Source: a bacterium (GTDB taxonomy: Bacteria > UBP14 > UBA6098 > 4484-93). Taken from it: DNA of 64,000 nucleotides. Each line of letters opens with the position of its first letter. The first letter of the stretch is position 1. This document shows positions 59,324 to 64,000 of this stretch, in pieces. Made by a program: the position numbers and the translations under genes. Where the stretch lies: assembly GCA_021158465.1 (NCBI GenBank), contig JAGGUN010000022.1:2808-66807 (forward strand), written 5' to 3'. Below the pieces are notes generated by a model. The model was not told the DNA's origin. It ran no database searches and saw nothing but the letters and a program-made list of their open reading frames with translations.

Positions 59324-59352
59324 AATTTACACTTTCAATCATTAAAAATCAA
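59324..59352 (-). promoter_or_regulatory. Promoter for the 59298-54924 unit
   Basis: TTGATT-N17-TAAATT overlapping the miaB stop. Confidence 0.45.
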
Positions 59353-60626
59353 GAGTTATTTTCCATTTTCCCTCTTAGGCTCCAGGTGGATGCGGCTGTT
59401 ATTCTCACAGGTACTATCCTTCCGATAAGCTCTTTTTCTCCCTCGAATGTAACTACCCTTCCGCAGGAGATCCTTCCCCTCAGTTCCTTTGGTCTTTTAT
59501 TGACCCTCTCTTCAACCAGCACCTTCTGGGTAGTTCCTATAAGCTCCTTACTTTTTTTCTCGGCAAGTTCCTGTCCGATGTTAATAATGATATTGAGTCG
59601 GCGGATCTTTTCCTCGTATGTGATATCGTCTTTCATCCTCGAGGCTGCTGTGCCTGGTCTGACGGAGTAGTAGAAGAAGAACCCGCCGGCAAACCCGACC
59701 TGCTGGTATAATTTTACCGTTTGTTTGAAATCGTCTATGCTTTCTGTTGGAAAGCCGACCATTACATCCGTTGTTATATGGATATCTGGGATGTTTCTGG
59801 AGAGTTTCTCGACGAGGGTGAGGTAATCTTCTCTCGAGTATCCGCGCCTCATGAGTTTAAGGACCCTGTTCGAGCCCGACTGAACTGGCAGGTGGATGTG
59901 GTGCGCAACCTTCGGAAGTGATGAGATTGCCTCGATTATGCTGTCGGAGAGGTCCTTCGGATGGTTTGTGGTGAAGCGGATGCGCTCTATCCCTTCTACA
60001 TTCGATACCATCTTCAAAAGCTCTGCGAATCCTGTTTCTCCATAGCGATAGCTGTTAACGTTCTGCCCGATGAGGGTTACCTCACGCACTCCCTCGGAGG
60101 CAAGTAGTTTCACCTCCTGAATTATCTCGTTGGGTTTCCTGTGTCGGAGTGGACCCCTGACATACGGAACGATGCAGTATGAGCAGAAGTTACTGCACCC
60201 CCGTGTTATGGCGACATATGAGGTCGGCTTCTTGCCCGTTTTTGGGGGAGAGCTGAGCCCTGTGAAGACCTTGGGAGGAGTAATCTTCTTACCAGTTACA
60301 ATCTCCTCTATCTGCCATAGTTTGTTTGCTCCGATAGCATAGTCTGCCCCGTATTCGCTGATGAGTTTGTCGCTGAGCCTGCTCGCCATACAGCCTATCA
60401 CAACAAGTGTTAGCTTGCGTCTTTTCTTCTGTGATGCGATCTGTCGGATCTGTCCAAGAGCCCTTTTCTCTGCATGCTCGCGCACCGAGCAGGTGTTAAC
60501 TATCACGAGCTCTGCATCATCGATGGAGCCTGCCCGCCTATGCCCCAGCTCAATGAGCCTTCTCTCGATTACCTTCGAATCGTAGATGTTCATCTGGCAA
60601 CCGTATGTCCTGATGAAAAACCTCAT
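59349..60626 (-). CDS. miaB: tRNA-2-methylthio-N6-dimethylallyladenosine synthase MiaB
   Basis: TYGCQMN..DS, NTCSVRE.AE, GCMA, GC..FCSYCIVPY.RG, GQNVNSY, HLPVQSGS, TRAM domain. Confidence 0.93.
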   Translation of the reverse strand: MRFFIRTYGCQMNIYDSKVIERRLIELGHRRAGSIDDAELVIVNTCSVREHAEKRALGQIRQIASQKKRRKLTLVVIGCMASRLSDKLISEYGADYAIGANKLWQIEEIVTGKKITPPKVFTGLSSPPKTGKKPTSYVAITRGCSNFCSYCIVPYVRGPLRHRKPNEIIQEVKLLASEGVREVTLIGQNVNSYRYGETGFAELLKMVSNVEGIERIRFTTNHPKDLSDSIIEAISSLPKVAHHIHLPVQSGSNRVLKLMRRGYSREDYLTLVEKLSRNIPDIHITTDVMVGFPTESIDDFKQTVKLYQQVGFAGGFFFYYSVRPGTAASRMKDDITYEEKIRRLNIIINIGQELAEKKSKELIGTTQKVLVEERVNKRPKELRGRISCGRVVTFEGEKELIGRIVPVRITAASTWSLRGKMENNS

Positions 60627-61897
60627 CCTGCTTTTCTAAATCTGACAGCAAAGCAACCATCAAAGCCGTCCTCACCGGGAACTGTTTGGAAGAAATTCTT
60701 CAGTCGGAAACGCTCTAACACCTTTGGGTAAGATTTGTCGATGGATAGTCCCAGCCTCTCTGCGAACAGGATCTTGTCCGTGTTTTCCATTTTTGTCAAG
60801 GTGCAAGTGGAAAAGACCAGAATTCCATCCTTTTTCAACACCCTCACTCCCTCACGGAGGAGTTTCTCCTGGATTCGAGCCAGTCTTTCCATCTCTCTCT
60901 TGGTTTTTTTGTACCTTGCCATTGGGAACTTGGATAGCACTCCTAAACCGCTACAGGGAGCGTCGATGAGCAGTCGCTCAATGCTTCTGTCGGGAAACGG
61001 GAGGGATGCGCCATCGGCGAGGACAAGGGAGATATCTTTAAGCCCGAGCCTTGCAAGATTTTTCCTGGTTATGTTAAGTTTGTGCACGGATATGTCGATA
61101 CCGATGATTTTTGCATCTTCTTCCACCATCTCTGCAATGAGTGAAAGTTTGCCTCCCGGGGCTGTTCCCACCTCGACGATGAGTTCTCCCTTTTGTGGTT
61201 CGAGGAGTAGAACAGGTATGGCAAATGCTGGGTTCTGAACAGTGAATGCTCCCTCGGCAAATCCTGGCAGGAGGTTTGGTGCCACATTCGGCGAGACAGT
61301 GAAATACTCGCTAAACCACTTGTGGAAGCTAATGGAAAGTCTTTCTTTCGCCTTTTCGATAAACCTCTCTTTTTCCTTGTGCAGCTTATTTATGCGGAAG
61401 AATGTCGGGTGTGGTTTGTTGTTTGCCTCAAGCACCTTCGATGCCTGCTTTCTACCAAGATATTCGACGAGTGATTCGACAACGAACTTCGGGTGTGAGA
61501 ACCGAATGCTCATCTCATTTGGTGGTTGGAGTTTTCCCGCTGCTTCTGCAAGCCGATGGAGGGCGGTGTTGACAAATCGGCACCTGCTTTCAGGGAAGCC
61601 AAGTTCTCTTGCTGACTCTACCCCTTCGGAGACGATAGCGTAATCAGGCACGCGGGACAGGAACAGCATCTGGTAGAGGGCGACTCTCGCAATGTTACGG
61701 GTTGTTGTATCCAGTTTGTTTCTGGCAAGGACAGAGTTTATATAATAATCGAGCAGGTATAGGTTCTTTGCCACGCCGACGAGGATATTCTCGAGGAGCC
61801 TTGCATCCTTATGAGATAGGTTATCCCGTTCGAGGATTACCTCTCCTTTTCTTAGCGATTCCTCCAGCAGTTTAACTGCTTTGGTTCTTAATCTCAT
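60623..61897 (-). CDS. rsmB: 16S rRNA m5C967 methyltransferase RsmB (Sun), with NusB-like N-domain
   Basis: VP.YA.VSE.VE, FVN..L, FSHP, APGGK, DAPCSGLG, FSTCT, DG.F; start uncertain (61897 or 61927). Confidence 0.87.
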   Translation of the reverse strand: MRLRTKAVKLLEESLRKGEVILERDNLSHKDARLLENILVGVAKNLYLLDYYINSVLARNKLDTTTRNIARVALYQMLFLSRVPDYAIVSEGVESARELGFPESRCRFVNTALHRLAEAAGKLQPPNEMSIRFSHPKFVVESLVEYLGRKQASKVLEANNKPHPTFFRINKLHKEKERFIEKAKERLSISFHKWFSEYFTVSPNVAPNLLPGFAEGAFTVQNPAFAIPVLLLEPQKGELIVEVGTAPGGKLSLIAEMVEEDAKIIGIDISVHKLNITRKNLARLGLKDISLVLADGASLPFPDRSIERLLIDAPCSGLGVLSKFPMARYKKTKREMERLARIQEKLLREGVRVLKKDGILVFSTCTLTKMENTDKILFAERLGLSIDKSYPKVLERFRLKNFFQTVPGEDGFDGCFAVRFRKAG

Positions 61898-64000
61898 CGA
61901 TTGTTTTCCAGGTATTTCCGTTTGCATCGAGTAGCGCATCTCCTCTGAGGAGGAAGAGCCCATCACGGTGGAAGTGTATCTTCCGGATGATCTCACGAGG
62001 CACGCCAACACCTCTTAGGAACTCATCCGGTCTGGTGGAGCCGTTCGCTGTGTTCCTGACGACCATCACTACAGAGTATCTTTCGTTTTCCTCCTTGATT
62101 GCGACATCGTCTATGAACCTTCTTATATCGATGTTTTTACCTCTTCTTGCGACGATGAGAACCTCTCTGGATAACCATTCCTTTATCCTTTCGGTGATAT
62201 CCGGTATGAGCTCCTTCGGGATGTGGAACGAATATACTGCTGTATCGAGCAGTTTTGAGAGAGATGGTGCATTTCCCATTATCGGCTTTATCTCGAGTAT
62301 ATGTATTCCGTCGGGCAGTTGGTGCCCTAACTTCTTTACCTGAAGCTCGCTTACAGGTTTGTCAAAGAATATATCCAGGTATTCTCTATCTCCGGTGTAG
62401 CCCAGCGGCAGTGGAGGGGAGTATGCAATCTTTTGGCGCTTGTGGAACCCCTCCGTAACTGCAACGGGAATATCTGCTCTTCTTATCGCTCTGTCGAATA
62501 GGCGCATAAGGTCGAGGTGGCTCAACCATCGGAGCTTCCATCTCTTCTGGTATACTATCCTGGCACCTGTCCTGAGCATTCTTGTTGCCCGGATATGCCT
62601 GATAGTTTTGCCATATCCTGTTTCTTGAGCAACCTCTTCTTTGCTTTGGACTGTTATCATTTGCTCGAATTCGCAGAATGGGCATCTGTCGCATCCGCGT
62701 GCCCGACAATCGGGGGTAGTTTCCCCTGCAAGTGCCTTTTTATATTCGGATAAGAGATACTCCCTCTTGCACCCTTTGTATATGTGCTCCCATGGCAGGG
62801 TCTTTTCTATATCCTTTTCTGCCGTGCATATATTGTAATCTATACCTGCGTCCTTGAACGCTTCTTCCCAGCTGGAGAAGTCGAACATATCGGACCATCC
62901 GGAGAAGACCGCTCCGTTCCTCCAGGCAGACTCTACAACCTTGAACATTCGCCTGTCGCCCCGTGAAAGGATCGCTTCCAGGAGGGATATTTGGGGGTTT
63001 TTTAACTCCAGTTCGACATTCTTCCCTCTTATCTTTCCTTGGATTCGCGAGAAGATTTCTTTTATTCTTTCCGTGGGTGTGAGCTGTGTCCACTGGAAAG
63101 GTGTCTGGGGTTTTGGGATAAATTGTCCTATGCTTGGCTTGATCCTTGCGCCGAACCGTGATGCCATGCGGGCGAGCGAGTTTATCATATCGATTATCCC
63201 GTCGATGTCCTCGTCTGTTTCCGTGGGCAGTCCGACCATAAAGTAAAGTTTGATGAACTTCCAGCCCTCTCTAAAAGCGGTCAATGCAAGCGAGAAGAAC
63301 TGCTCTATATCCTGCTCCTTGTTAATCACTCGCCTCAGTCTCTCTGTGCCTGCCTCGGGTGCAAATGTCAAGCTTGATTTACGCACGCTCCTCAGGGCAT
63401 CGATTATTGTCTCGCTGAGTGCATCGGTTCTAATCGATGGCAACGCAATAGAGACTGTATGTTCTTCTGTAAATGGTCTTATCTTCTTGAACACTGCTTC
63501 AAGCCCCGAGTAGTCGGTGGTGGAGAGCGAGAGGAGCGATACCGCGTCCTGCCCTGTTGCTTTTATCCCTCTTTTTATATCGGATACAACAGATTTGGGC
63601 TCCCGTTCCCGCATAGGTCGATACACGAATCCGGCAGAGCAAAACCGGCAGCCTCTCGGACAGCCTCGCATAACCTCGATATTGAGCTTGTCATGCACCG
63701 TCTCTACCCATGGAACCACAAAATTCGTTGGATACTCCAGCTCATTCAGGTCGGGAACATAATGCGACCTCACAGGTAGCGGTGCTTCCTCTTTTGCGGT
63801 AATCTTCTCTACATACCCATCCTTTGTGTAGATTACATCGTAGAAACTCGGTATGTAAACTCCGTCAGGGAACCTCCGGAGAATAAGTTTCAACAGCTCC
63901 TTTTTAGCAAGGTTCTTGTTTTCCTTTATAAAGGTGAGCAGAGGCACGATGGTGTCGTCCGCCTCGCCTACCCAGATGAGGTCAAATACCTCTGCCACAG
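61872..64000 (-). CDS. TIGR03960-type radical SAM protein fused to a C-terminal TIGR03936/DUF2344 domain (5' end outside window)
   Basis: RGCPRGCRFCSAG, TFAPEAG.ERLR, KLYFMVGLPTET, PKP.TPFQW; then W.SHLDL.R.F.RA.RRA..P...GFH. Confidence 0.9.
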   Translation of the reverse strand, partial: VAEVFDLIWVGEADDTIVPLLTFIKENKNLAKKELLKLILRRFPDGVYIPSFYDVIYTKDGYVEKITAKEEAPLPVRSHYVPDLNELEYPTNFVVPWVETVHDKLNIEVMRGCPRGCRFCSAGFVYRPMREREPKSVVSDIKRGIKATGQDAVSLLSLSTTDYSGLEAVFKKIRPFTEEHTVSIALPSIRTDALSETIIDALRSVRKSSLTFAPEAGTERLRRVINKEQDIEQFFSLALTAFREGWKFIKLYFMVGLPTETDEDIDGIIDMINSLARMASRFGARIKPSIGQFIPKPQTPFQWTQLTPTERIKEIFSRIQGKIRGKNVELELKNPQISLLEAILSRGDRRMFKVVESAWRNGAVFSGWSDMFDFSSWEEAFKDAGIDYNICTAEKDIEKTLPWEHIYKGCKREYLLSEYKKALAGETTPDCRARGCDRCPFCEFEQMITVQSKEEVAQETGYGKTIRHIRATRMLRTGARIVYQKRWKLRWLSHLDLMRLFDRAIRRADIPVAVTEGFHKRQKIAYSPPLPLGYTGDREYLDIFFDKPVSELQVKKLGHQLPDGIHILEIKPIMGNAPSLSKLLDTAVYSFHIPKELIPDITERIKEWLSREVLIVARRGKNIDIRRFIDDVAIKEENERYSVVMVVRNTANGSTRPDEFLRGVGVPREIIRKIHFHRDGLFLLRGDALLDANGNTWKTIDEIKNQSS

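Overview
Gene-dense bacterial chromosomal window. The lineage is inferred to be a non-Bacteroidota member of the FCB superphylum or a related candidate phylum: it has T9SS PorU/PorV and many CTD-bearing cargo proteins, but uses strong AGGAGG Shine-Dalgarno sites and TTGACA-N16/17-TATATT-type promoters. Contents in order: the end of hypE, a diguanylate cyclase, an ABC-F ATPase, a lipoprotein/TonB-receptor/eIF2B-like unit, dapF, ispF, a probably sigma54-controlled secreted helical-repeat protein and glyQS. Next come T9SS cargo genes and a ribosomal operon running rpsQ-rplN...secY-adk-map-infA-rpmJ-rpsM-rpsK-rpsD-rpoA-rplQ, cut off from the rest of the S10 operon. These are followed by a porU-porV-M6 protease-2 membrane protein cluster, mtnA, an S8 protease and thiL. 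At about 40.3-43.5 kb there is an AT-rich island with integron attC sites but no integrase (CALIN), carrying methyltransferase and nuclease-type cassettes next to tRNA-Ala(GGC). The window ends with rho, the transketolase N-subunit, priA, a CPA1 antiporter, a TPR lipoprotein, lat, a bL38-like small protein, clpC, a large Ig-repeat T9SS cargo, miaB, rsmB and a truncated radical SAM/DUF2344 fusion. Top leads: the attC-bounded candidate defence cassettes; a PorV split by a beta-propeller/LysM-like insertion; a Zn-finger bL38-like protein; and a sigma54/enhancer-driven repeat protein. All family calls come from motif recognition by eye; no database searches were run.
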